Positions 41,170 to 53,932 of a DNA stretch of 64,000 nucleotides are shown in pieces; the first letter of the stretch is position 1; each line of letters opens with the position of its first letter. This DNA is from Eledone cirrhosa (taxonomy: Eukaryota). The stretch is taken from positions 6,262,001-6,326,000 of the forward strand of contig OZ024755.1 of the NCBI GenBank assembly GCA_964016885.1, written 5' to 3'. A model generated the notes under the pieces. It was not told the origin of the DNA, did not search any database, and saw nothing but the letters and a program-made list of their open reading frames with translations. The translations under genes and the position numbers were made by a program.

Positions 41170-41433
41170 TGTTAAAGTAGATATGATCGACTAAATCTAA
41201 GGGGTACTCCAGCATGACTGCAGTCTAACGACTGACACCAGTAAAAGAACTGATTATATTAAATAAAGCAAAAATGAAAGTTATGAAATGGTAAAGCAAA
41301 AATGAGAAAAGAAATGAGAAGAAATTTGGTCTGTAAAATACAGGGAAAGATAAAACTTTGAGGTGAAGATAATTAAATGCGTAAACAGTATTTGTAAATT
41401 CAGAAAGAGAATACAAATGAAAGTGAATCATTT

Positions 41434-42050
41434 TTTCTACTTTAGGTACAAGGCCAGCAATATTGGGTACAGGGAAAGTCGATTAAATCGACCCCAGTCG
41501 ACCTCGTAGGGATGAAAGACAAAGCTAACCTCGGAGAGATTTGAACTCAGGCCATAAAGGGCCGTAACTACGCCGCTAAGCATGTTGTCCGACGCTCTGC
41601 CGATACTGACAATCCACCGCCTTGAAAACTGAAAATAATGGTTTCTTTTATAGACACAAGGCCAGCAATTTTGGGGGGAAGGGAAAGTCGATGAAATCTA
41701 CACCAGGGCGTGACTGGTACTTTTTTTATTGACCCTGTAGGGCTGAAAGGCAAAATTAACCTCGGCGGGATTTGAACTCAGAAGGTAAAGAGCCGTACTC
41801 TATGCCGCTAAACATGTTGTCCGACGCTCTACCGATTCTGCCAAGCCACCACCCTGAAAACTGAAAATAATTGTTTCTACTTTTTGACACAAGGCCAGCA
41901 ATTATCCAGTACATTACTGGTACTTTTTATTTTATCGACCCCGTAAGGATGAAAGGCAAAGTTAACCTCGACGGGATTTGAACTCAGACTGTAAAGGGAC
42001 GTAACTATGCTAGAAAGCATGGCGTCCAACCCTCTAGCGATACTGCCAAT
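41434..42050 (-). mobile_element. Three head-to-tail Meta-like SINEs
   Basis: Copies at about 41434-41620, 41640-41853 and 41872-42050, each followed by ctgaaaataat. Confidence 0.93.
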
Positions 42051-42376
42051 TCACCTGAAAATAATGAGAACAAAATTGAAACGAAAAGAAACTGATTCTG
42101 GAAATCTAAACAAAACACATTGATCTGTTAAGGCAAAAGTAAGGAAATAAAAATGATTGATCCAGTATCCTCGAAACCGAGTGGAGAACATTAAAGGGAG
42201 GTAAGGGATCTGCGATGTGAAGAAATAATAGATGGTAGTTGAAGAGAAGAACTGATAGATAGAAAAGGAAAGAATAATACCAGAGAGAGAGAAAATTCTA
42301 AAAGATAGAAAGTAGCCCGAAACCAAATATATAGAAAATAACGAAAAGATGAATATATCACGAAAAGTATACAAAC

Positions 42377-42409
<33 letters not shown>

Positions 42410-42503
42410 GACAGAGATATATCCTCGTTTCCTTGAGCTATATACATACATACATACATACATACACACACATATACTTACAGACATGCACACCCACACA
42501 CAC

Positions 42504-42563
<60 letters not shown>

Positions 42564-43080
42564 ATACGTGTGTGCGAATGTGTTTGTATGTAAAATGATC
42601 AAATACAAAGCGGCAGTAACAAAACATGTAGAAACCAGAAATACGACGACGTAAAGTAACCAATGTTCGTTCTTTCATTGGTGTTTGACTGGAAGCGCAG
42701 GTATTTCAAATATCTATCGTTAATTACGTGATATTTGCAAATAAAGTCGGTAGGGAATATATAGCATGATAACCTTGTTCATGACTACAACAGACAAACA
42801 TACACTCTAATTATAGACAGCAAGCGGCATATAGTACAATACCCTTCATGACGACTGCTACGGCTTTGGACCCAAAGCTCATGGTGGAGTCTTAGAGTGT
42901 CCCACATTCAATATGGCGTGTTTCAATAAAACATGAAAATATATAATATCCATCCCTGTTAAACTACGTTTCATTTGTATGTAATCTGTCTCAATACATT
43001 TCAAACCCCCTAATATTCATATATCTGAAATGTGACTGAAGCTAAACAGTTCTTCGCTGTTAAGATATAGCAACAGCTTC

Positions 43081-43323
43081 GAAAGATCGATCGACTTTCG
43101 TCAAATCGGACCGAGGAAACAAAGTTTTTGCTAATACTATCTATCGGTGGCAACTCCATCTTTCCAATTGCTAATACTATCTATCGGTGGCAACTCCAGG
43201 TAGGAGCAACGTAAATTAAAGTGTCTTGCTCAAGGACATAACGCATCGCCGGCTCCAGGAATCGAACTCACAACCTCAAGATTGTGAAACCAAGTCTCTA
43301 ACCACTCAACCACACGCCTTCAC
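43081..43323 (-). mobile_element. Full-length CORE-like SINE with an internal 31-bp duplication
   Basis: Head and core as at 41169; ttgctaatactatctatcggtggcaactcca at 43128 and 43168. Confidence 0.9.
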
Positions 43324-43974
43324 TGCTCTATCTTAACAATTATAACAAATCTATTTCCTTTTTTTTTTTCTTATCGAAAACAGAAAAAGAAATGGATCTC
43401 CTAGAGCAGTTTCAAATTTTATTTGATTCTCTGCGAAGATAGAATACCATTTGATCTGTTCACCGTGAGACATAGTTAACAGCTATATATAGCCAACAAA
43501 TATAAAGCTATAGAGAGTTTGTGCAAGCAATTTGCTTCGTTGATGAGATTAATTATTTAATATAAAATATCGACTACACAATTAATTAACCTCACATATC
43601 TGGTTGTATAAATTCCACCTGCACCATAGAGCTGACATAGAAACAACTACCTGTTTATTTGGACTGCTAAAAATAGCAACCAAAGGTTCGACCTCCAACA
43701 GGAAATAGGAATTAATTATACCCCTAACATTCATCTTAATCGTCACAAAAGATCACACTTGATAATCTGATTTTAAATACATCGCAAAAGCAAATTAGAT
43801 AATATCATCACAGATGGATTATATTTTGGTGTTTAAGTTGGTCTAAAGTTAAACCAGAACAACAATAAAAAAAAAATGGAAATACATTGAGATATGCTAA
43901 AGCTATGCTACACTACACTCGAATATAATAACGCATTCTCTGTTTAAAGAACTGGGTTTCCATATAATCTGCGA

Positions 43975-44410
43975 TTCCTTCCCCCACCCCAAAGAATTGC
44001 TGGCCTTGAGTCTATATTAGAAATCATTGGCAGTATTCGTAGAGGGTTGGACGCCAATCTTTCTAGCATAGTTACGTCCCTTTACGATCTGAGTTCAAAT
44101 CCCATCGAGGTTAACTTTGTCTTTCATCCTTACGGAGTTGATAAAATAAAGTACCAGTAATGCACTGGGATAATTGCTGGCCTTGCGTCAAGGGTATTAG
44201 TTTTATTATGTTAATAATAGGGCGGTGGACTGGCAGTATCGGTAGAGGGTCGGATGCCATGCTTTGCAGCAAAGAGTTATGGCTCTTGCCATTCTGAGTT
44301 CAAATCCCGCCTAGGTTAACTTTACCTTTCATTCTTACGGGATCGATAAAATAATGTACCAGTAATGTACTGAGTTATTGCTGGCCTTGTGCCAAAAGTA
44401 GAAACAATTA
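43975..44410 (+). mobile_element. Cluster of Meta-like SINEs (tail fragment plus two copies)
   Basis: Copy 44220-44410 has TSD TTATTATGTTAATAATA. Confidence 0.92.
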
Positions 44411-46068
44411 TTATGTTAATAATAAACATTGTGTCGGCGATAACATCAAAATAACAAACAAAATCTGATATATAAAATAACAGTGGATGCTGCAACAGAT
44501 ACAAGAAATTAAATCAGGTGGAGTAAGATAAATAAAGCTTTAATATAGGATTACATGTATTGCTTGTTTAGCATTGTAATGACGTCATGGTGACTAGGGA
44601 ACTGTTAGGACAATCATTGTTTAAACTACAGCTTTACACACAGTTGGGTTTCTCCCTCTATAGAAAGAAACTGGTGTAAGTTAGAATCTAGCAATTGAGC
44701 TGTGTAAGCAATACACACGCTCCATATGCCAGGATAAAAGGCCACTGACCATATTCGGATGTATGTGTGAATATGTGTAATATAATTTTGAATAAAGAAT
44801 CTAGTGCAAAATAAATTATTTCAGGCGGAAAATAGGTTACATCTGTTGGCTGTAGCATTGAGGGTAATATTTAGGAAATATTTATGAATAAAACAAATGT
44901 AGAATCAATATATAATGCACCAATGTTGACTGTTTCTGTGGTTTTATGTTCATTATTTGTGAGTACAATTTCCACCAGACTGCAGCTAAACTTCATAGAT
45001 TTCTTCGAAATAAAATAATTATTTGAAGCAACCTTTCAAAAAAAATGAACGTAAACCAAATTGAGATAAATTTAAAACTAAATAGAAAACATACAAATTA
45101 TTGCAATTGTAAGAAACTTAATTTTTCTTTTAGTATAATTGCAGAGTGAAGGATGTAAACCAGGTTTTAAACTGTGTAAAGACAAGGGAAAATAAGCAGA
45201 CAAGCCGACATTTTATATCCTTTTGAAATAAGTAATCTACAAAATAAGATTTTAAATCGCATCGTTATCCAATTATATACAAACATAATAATTTGCAGAT
45301 TTAATCAATGGAATCAATTGGGGAATTATACACCCAACATTGATAAACATATTGGTTGCTCAATGCTGTTCAATGCGAAGACATAATTCCCCGCTCATTT
45401 CCTTTTAATATGATCAAACACTAGTAAGCTAGAGTGTTACTCTTAAACCTTGTTTTTATTTGTGTGTGCCATTAACTACAGTCGTTTTTAGGAAAGTAGT
45501 CTTAGTAGGTTTTCTTTTAGTTTGCATCTCATATGACACATATTAATTTTCATCTCATATAATGAACATTTGTTATCACTAAGGAATTTATCATCATGTC
45601 ATATTCTGATTCATTGCAGCACATATATTTCTACTCTATCTAAAGCCATGCGTTCATTCCATTCTTGGCGCTAGGAATTTAGTGAAGCACAAAAGCTTAC
45701 AATTTATGTACAGCAATACATAAAAACATATATACATGCATCAGTACACTCACGTACACACGAACATGCATAGAAAATATTCTCGAAGACCATATTATAG
45801 ATGTCGTGTTTCAGGTTTCCAAATACGTATATCCACATTCTCAGAGTTAGACTGCTTTCAAAATAACAAAACACCTGTCAGTCCAGTAACTATACACGTG
45901 CGTATACACCTCTATTTTATGATTAACACTGACATGGTGTGATTTATAATAGAGGTGTATATGAAATCATTTGCAAGAGATGTCAACATGAATGGACCTA
46001 TTTTTTTTATCTAAAGACATTTTTTTGCAATTCCATCCCGCCCTTAATCTATTTTATTTCCCATTCTT

Positions 46069-46104
46069 TCTTCTGATGAAGGACTAGCGTCCGAAACGTT
46101 AAGA
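46069..46104 (+). ncRNA. Minimal type I hammerhead ribozyme, intact
   Basis: TCTT-CTGATGA-a-GGAC tagc GTCC-GAAA-CG-TT-AAGA; stem III is the palindrome AACGTT; tail to about 46190 resembles 29698-29780. Confidence 0.85.
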
Positions 46105-46206
46105 CCCCCTTCCTGCTATATCAAGCGTTAACCTAATATATACCTTCTGTATACTGTACCGATTGTGTTGTTATTTCTGTTTACCTTTTACATACATATG
46201 TATAAT

Positions 46207-46413
46207 GGTTTCTTATATAGACACAAGGCCAGCAATTTTGGGGAAGGGAAAGTGGATTAAATCAACCCCAGTGCGTGACTGGTATTATATTTTAACGACC
46301 CCGTAAGGATGAAAAGCAAAGTTAACCTCGGCGGGATTTGAACTCATAAAGGGCCGTAACTCTATGCTGCAAAGAATGTCAGACTCGCTACCGATACTGC
46401 CAATCCACGGCCC
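46207..46413 (-). mobile_element. Full-length Meta-like SINE with TSD
   Basis: atacatatgtata on both flanks. Confidence 0.92.
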
Positions 46414-46677
46414 TATACATATGTATATGTAATAAACATATATAAGTCTCGCTATGAAAGTTTTAAGCTGTGATCATATCCCCGCTATCTTGCAGAAAAT
46501 CAAACATCGATAATAGTTTCTAGAAATAAAGCAAGGGCACCATAATACAATGGACTGATGTTTATGCGCTCACATAATCTAGTTTTATTATTCTGCAACA
46601 CACACACGCACACACAGATATACATATATTTTTGTATATATATATATATATATAATGTGTGTGTGTAATTGTTTGTA

Positions 46678-46772
46678 TACAGAATGTCTCACAAAATGTA
46701 TACACACTTTGATTACTTGTACAGGCAATATTTATTAGAATGCTGTTGAAGTATGTATACATTTTTGGGGGG
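46678..46772. mobile_element. About 95-bp Tc1/mariner-type MITE
   Basis: caaaatgtatacacactt / aagtatgtatacatttttg inverted ends; homologous to 18173. Confidence 0.65.
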
Positions 46773-48962
46773 AGAGAGAGAGAGAGAAGGCTTATGTATG
46801 TGAATGCGTCTGTCTGACTAAGGAATAATTTACCTGTAGAGATAACTGTCTTATAAAGTCACGCACAATGAAATATAGCGAAAGCAGCTATTTTTGACTG
46901 TGTCAAATTCGAAAGCTATCTGAATTTCCTAGGAAATTTACTTCGTCACGATTTTATTTCAGTTAGTATAATTATCCTAATATTATTAGTATTCTTGTAC
47001 GGAATCTTTCTCTTCAATTCTATTCAAATATCTGTTCTTACACATACTCGTGTTTCTCGTTATGTGTCAATTTAATACATTAGTGAATTTGAAGGTTATC
47101 TTTTAATTGAAAGTTATATAGTTTGTTTTGTTGGTTAAGCACAATCTATTGTTCTTATGTACCATTGAAACTTCACTAGACTCTTCTACAATTCCAAAGA
47201 TCGTTGGATTGTTCTGCCTCTTCTAGCTTAAGGCACGTATCTTACCTAGGTCACATCTGCACATCTGCAACAAAGTTTGACCCGTTGAAGCAGTATTAAT
47301 GCCACAGAAGACCATCTTCTAAAGTTATTTCAGCTGTAACTATTCAGGTTATTTTTATCCAATATGTATTATCGATTGTAATTTTATTTTTAAGAGGGTA
47401 GCCTATAATGTGATGGTTGTTTGTCGGAAAGGTTAGAAGAATATTTCTATTTGGAATAAACGTTGATATTGAGCGCAGTTTCAAAGTTATGGTAACATGC
47501 TGCTCAATGTTTCTTTTCTCTTAAAACATGCCTGCTATAATTGATAACATTGCTAACACTTCATAACTAACCTGTCCCGTTTCTAAATGTGTATGATGTC
47601 TACATTTTTGAAGTAATTAGTATCTCAAACAGTACAATGTTACGATTGTATTTTGACAAGACCACACAGTTTCAGGGTAAGACAAACCCCATTACTTAAT
47701 ATTTATGCATTTAAATGGTCTTTCAAAGAGACACAGAGAGGGGGAAGAAAGTGAGAAACGGTGAAAGAGGGAGTGAGGAAGGAAGAGAGAGAGAGACACA
47801 CTGAGGCATGGAGAAAGGGTGAAAGCGAAGAAGAGAGATGGACAGACATGGAAGGGATGGAGGTGGCAGTTAGGGGGGGGGACTGTTTGGGAACAATTGG
47901 TTTAAGCAATCCCATAAAACTTTGTTAATTATTAGACCGCTCTAAATTGTATTACAATATATATATATAATTATATAAAATCCTACAATTATCCGGTGCA
48001 TAAGCAAAGTTCAGTACCATTTGATTACATAAACTAGTATGACTACATAAACTAGTATGATTACATAAACAACTTATGATAAAATCAACAGTGGATGGTT
48101 TTGGTTAGTTTAGTACTTAATTTCAAGGCTTCAATATTTAGTACAATATGCAACGTTTCTAAACGTGGTCTATATATATATATACCACCACTGTATGGAG
48201 GAATTCCTTGCAAACCTTCTTACAGCCCCGTATATAGGTAAACACTGCATTGGATAACGATATATATCTAACCATATTTTGCTACATCTCAGGACATACC
48301 TTTACATCTTCCTAGATGTGTTTAAATTTAGATCTCTCAAGCTAAATCTGACAATAGTTAAGTATAACTATAGGCATGTGTCGTTATATTTAGTTACAAC
48401 CTGCTATATCCAGCTGAATAATAATAATAACAATACAAATAACAATAATAAAAATAATAATAATAAGAAGAATGATAATAATTACTTTCGTTTCAATTTG
48501 CATTTGAGAACGAGGATATCATTTTACAGAAGCGACTGCTGTTCGATGGCGTTCATAGAATTCTGGGTTAGAGACACTTTTAAATGTACTTACCTGAAAA
48601 AAAGAGGGAAAAAAGGAAAGTATAAGTAATAGTGAACAACAAAAATAAACCGAAATCAATACATAGAGTAAGAGAAAATAATTACATGGATTGGTAATTG
48701 GGTGAGTAAATTAGATGGGTAAATAGATATAGTGTAAAAGATATGGTTGTAAGAACGTAGATGAAAAGCCAACTAATTTAGGTGGCTATGAATAAATAAT
48801 ATGATGACTCAAGGTGCTGGCAAAAACTGTTACAAAGAATCAAAACGAAAAGGAAAACGAAAAGCAAATAAAAGCTAAAACAGAGACAACCGCTGACAGT
48901 AATGTGTTGTAGCTTTGGTAAGTTTAAGAGACAAAATGTTTAGAACATAAACGAATATATAT

Positions 48963-49023
<61 letters not shown>

Positions 49024-50349
49024 AATATATATATAAATATATATATATATAGTAAGTTGATTGATGTGATGGCTCTGCTGAACAAAGTTAATTTTAGAAT
49101 ACGCTGGCTATACATACCACGTTTTGGCAATCTTTATGTGCATTCCAACTATATACCGGTGAACGATTAAATGTTTTCCTAATAAAGAAAGCTGAATAGC
49201 CAATCTGATGACTATTAAATTAAATTCCAAGTTGAAATTTGTGAGAAAAAAGCCGACATGTACAATCCGTGTTTTCTACATCCAACATTTGAAGAACATC
49301 TAATAAGCTTGTTTGATATTTTCATCAACATCGTCAGGTTGTATTCGTTATAGCACGCTTATGTTGATTGGTCTAGCTAGTTAACGTATAGCTGTTAACA
49401 GGTAGACACTCATATCACATCCAAAATACTTAGTCAATTATTTACACATGTTACGGTCCTATGTAAAAGATGGTAATAGAATTTAGAAAAAATAATCATA
49501 AATATATACAAATGTCGCTACTTATTAAAGAGTTTAAAACTATTCTGTTCGCCGTGGCAATGATTTCGCCATTTAGGTCTGTGAAACGCAGCTGAGTTCC
49601 ACAGACCAACCAACCAACCAACCAACCATGTAGAGCTTGACCACACCCTATTTCTCTCATACATTTATATGTTTTTCTTTCTTTCCCCAACAATATATCT
49701 CAATACACACTCTCGACAGGTTCGATGTGTCCGAACTCTCACCGTGATCGACCCCATCTCTCTCGCCCTCCCCATCTATTTGTATAGTGAGCAAATGGGG
49801 TCCCAAGTGCTGGCCTCCCCACAGCCCCGGCGGACAGAATGGAGAAGGGAGATACGTTTGCCATTTCCCAATCGTTTGTTGACTGAAGAATGTAAAATAA
49901 AGAGTCCTATCGGTGGACAGAAACTCAATTAATGTAACACACACGTGCGTGCGTGTGTTTTGTAGGGGATATTTCGTACTAGTTTTCATATTGTGCCCTA
50001 GGTCCAGAGATATACAATTCAGAGTTACAGAATGCCAACTTCAATTAATATATAATGTGTTGAGCCTAATTTGCTGATTTTCATATATTTCAGACTTTTC
50101 TTAACTTTGGCTGATAGCAGAATGAACAAGAAGCCAAGACATTCGCTGAAAAACAAATCGATGAACATACCAAAGAAAATATTCTTGAATTTGCAGAAGT
50201 GTGGAATAGACAGAATCTTTAGGGTGACGCTTTATATATATATCGGCATTTGTTCTGGATCATTTTGACTTCATTTTGTGGACAATAATTAGAGAGACCA
50301 ATCCAGTATTGGAGTTGATGCACACAGTCAGTCACTCACACGTATGTAT

Positions 50350-50665
50350 GTGAAGAGGGGTGGCTTTGTGGTTAGGATATTCGGTTCACAATCGTAAGGT
50401 CGTGAGTTTGATTCCCAACAGCGCGTTGTGTCCTTTAGTAAGACACTTTATTTCACGTTGCTCCAGTCCACTCAGCTTGCAAAAATGCGTTGTACCTGTC
50501 TTGTCATTATTCGTCACGCTGAATCTCCCTGAGAACTATGTCAAGGGTACACGTGTCTGTGGAATGTTGAGCCACTTGATTGTTAATTTCATGAGCAGGC
50601 TGTTCTGTCCATCTTATTGATCGTATTCACCTCGACACTCGTCGTCGTAACCGACGGAGTGCCAA
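50350..50665 (+). mobile_element. Full-length CORE-like SINE (third tail type)
   Basis: gtgaagaggggtggctttgtggttagg...gtgtcctttagtaagacactttatttcacgttgctcc...cgtaaccgacggagtgcc. Confidence 0.88.
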
Positions 50666-50769
50666 TTATGTATTACACAGATATCTACATCATTAAACAT
50701 ACGGATAAATAAATGTTCATATGCTGGAGATGATACAGCAAGCGTTGCATTAATGAAGCAACCAACACT

Positions 50770-51390
50770 CCACCACACACGTCTCTCTCCACCACACCAC
50801 CACTCCCTCACACCACCACACCACCACACTGATCTCTCTCCACCACACCACCACACTGATCTCGCTCCACCACACCACCACACTGATCTCTCTCCACCAC
50901 ACCACCACACTGATCTCGCTCCACCACACCACCACACTGATCTCTCTCCACCACACCACCACACTGATCTCTCTCCACCACACCACCACACTGATCTCTC
51001 TCCACCACACCACCACACTGATCTCTCCACCACACCACCACACTGATCTCTCCACCACACCACACCATCACACATATATCTCCCTCACACCACCACACAC
51101 ATCTCTCTCTCTACCACACCACCACACATTTCTCTCTCCACCACACCATCACATATATTTTTCCAGCACACCACAACTCCACCACATATCTCCTCCCTCA
51201 CACCATCACACCACCACACAGACCTCACACCACCACAGCACCACCTCCCTCCCTCACACCACCACAGCACCACCTCACACCACCACACCACCACAGCACC
51301 ACCTCACTCCCTCACACCACCACACACCTCACTCCCTCACACCACCACACCACCACACACACTCCCTCACACCGCCACACCACAGCACAC
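50770..51390. repeat. CAC-rich array including about 8 copies of a 30-bp unit
   Basis: ccaccacaccaccacactgatctctct units at 50813-51060. Confidence 0.95.
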
Positions 51391-51499
51391 ATCTCCTTCT
51401 CTCTCTTTACTTTAGAAGCTATAAAACTTATTCAACATAAAGCAAGGCGACCTGAAGCAATAATCAGTCATATGTAATAGTGTCAGTACTTATATTTGC

Positions 51500-52330
51500 C
51501 ATGGCGGCGGCAGCGGCGGTGGTGGTGGTGGTGACAATGGCGGTGGTGGTGGTGGTGACAATGGTGTCGATGGCGGTGGTGGTGGTGGTGACAATGGTGT
51601 CGATGGCGGTGGTGATGGTGGTGACGGCGATGGCAGCGGTGGTGGTGGTGGTGGTGGTGACAATGGTGTCGATGGTGGTGGTGGTGGTGGTGACAATGGT
51701 GTCGATGGCGGGGGTGGTGATGGTGGTGGTGGTGGCGATGGTAACGGTAGTAGTTACTGTGGTGGTGGTGACAATGGTGTCGATGGCGGTGGTGGTGATG
51801 GTGGTGGTGATGGTGGTGACGGCGATGGTAACGGTGGTAGTTACTGTGGTGGTGGTGGCGATGGTGTAGATGGCGGTGGTGATGGTGGTGACGGCGATGG
51901 CAGCGGTGGTGGTGGTGGTGATGGTGGTGATGGTGGTGACGGCGATGACAGTGGGTAACGGTGATAGCAGTGGTGGGGTTGTTGGTGATGGTTGTGGTGG
52001 TGCTGATGTTGTCGACGGTCATGGCAGTGGCGACTGTGGTGGTGGTGGTGGTGACGGTGATCGCTGTAGCAGATATGATGTAGTGGTAGCCATGGTGATG
52101 ACGTTGATGGTGACCACGATTGCCGTGGTGGTAGTGGTGACGACGATGGCAGAGGTGGTGCCGCTGACGACGAGGGCAGTAGTGGTGGTGGTGGTGGTGG
52201 TGACGACGATTGTGGTGGTGGTGGTGACGACGATTGTGGTGATGGTGATGGTGGTGACGATGATGGAAGTGATGTCTGTTGTATTAGACATAATACTGGT
52301 GACGGTGGTGACGCAGGAGGCAGTCGTGTC
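51500..52330. repeat. GGT/GAT triplet low-complexity array
   Basis: Direct reading. Confidence 0.95.
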
Positions 52331-52589
52331 TATTAAAGTATAATGGTGGTCATGTTTGTGATGATGATGACGGTAGCTTTTGGCAGATATATGGTGCTGG
52401 CAATGGTAATAGTAATAATGGTGTTGATGGTGATGATTTGGTTGTGTGGTGGGGTGGAGTAGGGGAAGAATGCAATGGTGAAGAACATCATTTAAACAGA
52501 CCAGCGTTTAACAATGATATCGATCCTTGCTTTAACACGCTTTCGTTCTGGATGTTTCACAGATATTGGAATGACGTCACATACAGAGA

Positions 52590-52725
52590 GGTAGGTAGAT
52601 AGATATATTTATATAGATAAATAGATAGATAGATAGATAGATATGTTTCTTTATTAGCCACAGGGGCACGATAGATAGATAGATAGATAGATAGGAGAGA
52701 TAGATAGATAGATAGATAGATGGAG

Positions 52726-52761
<36 letters not shown>

Positions 52762-52990
52762 GGAGAGATAGATAGATAGATAGATAGATGGAGAGATAGA
52801 TAGATAGATCGATAAATGGAGAGATAGATAGATAGATCGATAAATGGAGAGATAGATAGATAGATCGATAAATGGAGAGATAGATAGATAGATCGATAAA
52901 TGGAGAGATAGATAGATAAATGGAGAGATAGATAGATAGATAAATGGAGAGATAGATAGATGGCGAGATAGATAGATGGAGAGATAGTTT
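52590..52990. repeat. (GATA)n array with a 28-bp higher-order variant
   Basis: gatagatagatagatcgataaatggaga four times. Confidence 0.95.
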
Positions 52991-53685
52991 TACTGAAGAA
53001 AGACAAATAATTCCCAGTATGTATTGCTATGGAGATACTGACATAGTTGACCTTCTAGTAAGAAATCAAACACATACATAGATACATACACCCGCAGTCA
53101 TTTACACTATCATGTACACACACAAATACATATATATATTTACGCATAACTAGCAGTATATCCACAGAAACACACAGTGAACCGAAACAATCACATACAT
53201 TAGAATGAAACGTGCAAACACACATGATTACCTCACATATTCGCACTCACATTAATACAAAACATACGCGCGAACAAATATCTATATGTATAGCCTTTAC
53301 AATATACTCCATTGTAAATACACGTAGATAACATTTTAACACGTGCGAAAGGAGATATATAGAGTGTGTGTGCGTGTGGTGTGTGGTGTGTGTGTGCGTG
53401 GGTGTGTGGTGTGTGTGTGTGTGTGAACGTGTGTGAGCGTGTGTGTGAGCGTATGTGAGCGTGTGTGAACGTGCATGTGTGAGCGTGTGTGACCGTGCAT
53501 GTGTGAGCGTTTGTGTGAGCGTGTGTGAGCGTTCGTGTGAGACATGCACATATTCTCGCAATTACTGAAGTAAATACATGACAAAAAAGATGTGTAAATA
53601 CCAACAGTAATACATACAACTTTATTCATTATCACCTACATTTTGAAACACACTCATGGTTCCTCACATAGACATGCCATACGCA

Positions 53686-53932
53686 AGCAATGATGATATA
53701 TACACTCACATATATAAGCAAGGATGATATATACACTCACATATATAAGCAAGGATGATATATATACACTCACGCATACAAGCAAGGATGATATATACAC
53801 TCACATATACAAGCAAGGATGATATATGCACTCACATATACAAGCAAGGATGATATATGTACTCACATATACATGCAAGGATGATATATGCACTCACATA
53901 TAAATGCAAGGATGATATATGCACTCACATAC
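53686..53932. repeat. 31-bp minisatellite, about 8 copies
   Basis: aaggatgatatatacactcacatatataagc, starts at 53720 and 53751. Confidence 0.93.

Noticed and set aside
49700-49930. GC-richer segment considered as an HDV-like ribozyme or exon
   Set aside because: Could not build the P1/P1.1/P2 pseudoknot and found no protein motif
51480-52343. His-rich, Val-rich and Pro-rich ORFs
   Set aside because: Alternative frames of a GGT/GAT triplet array with no unique coding flank
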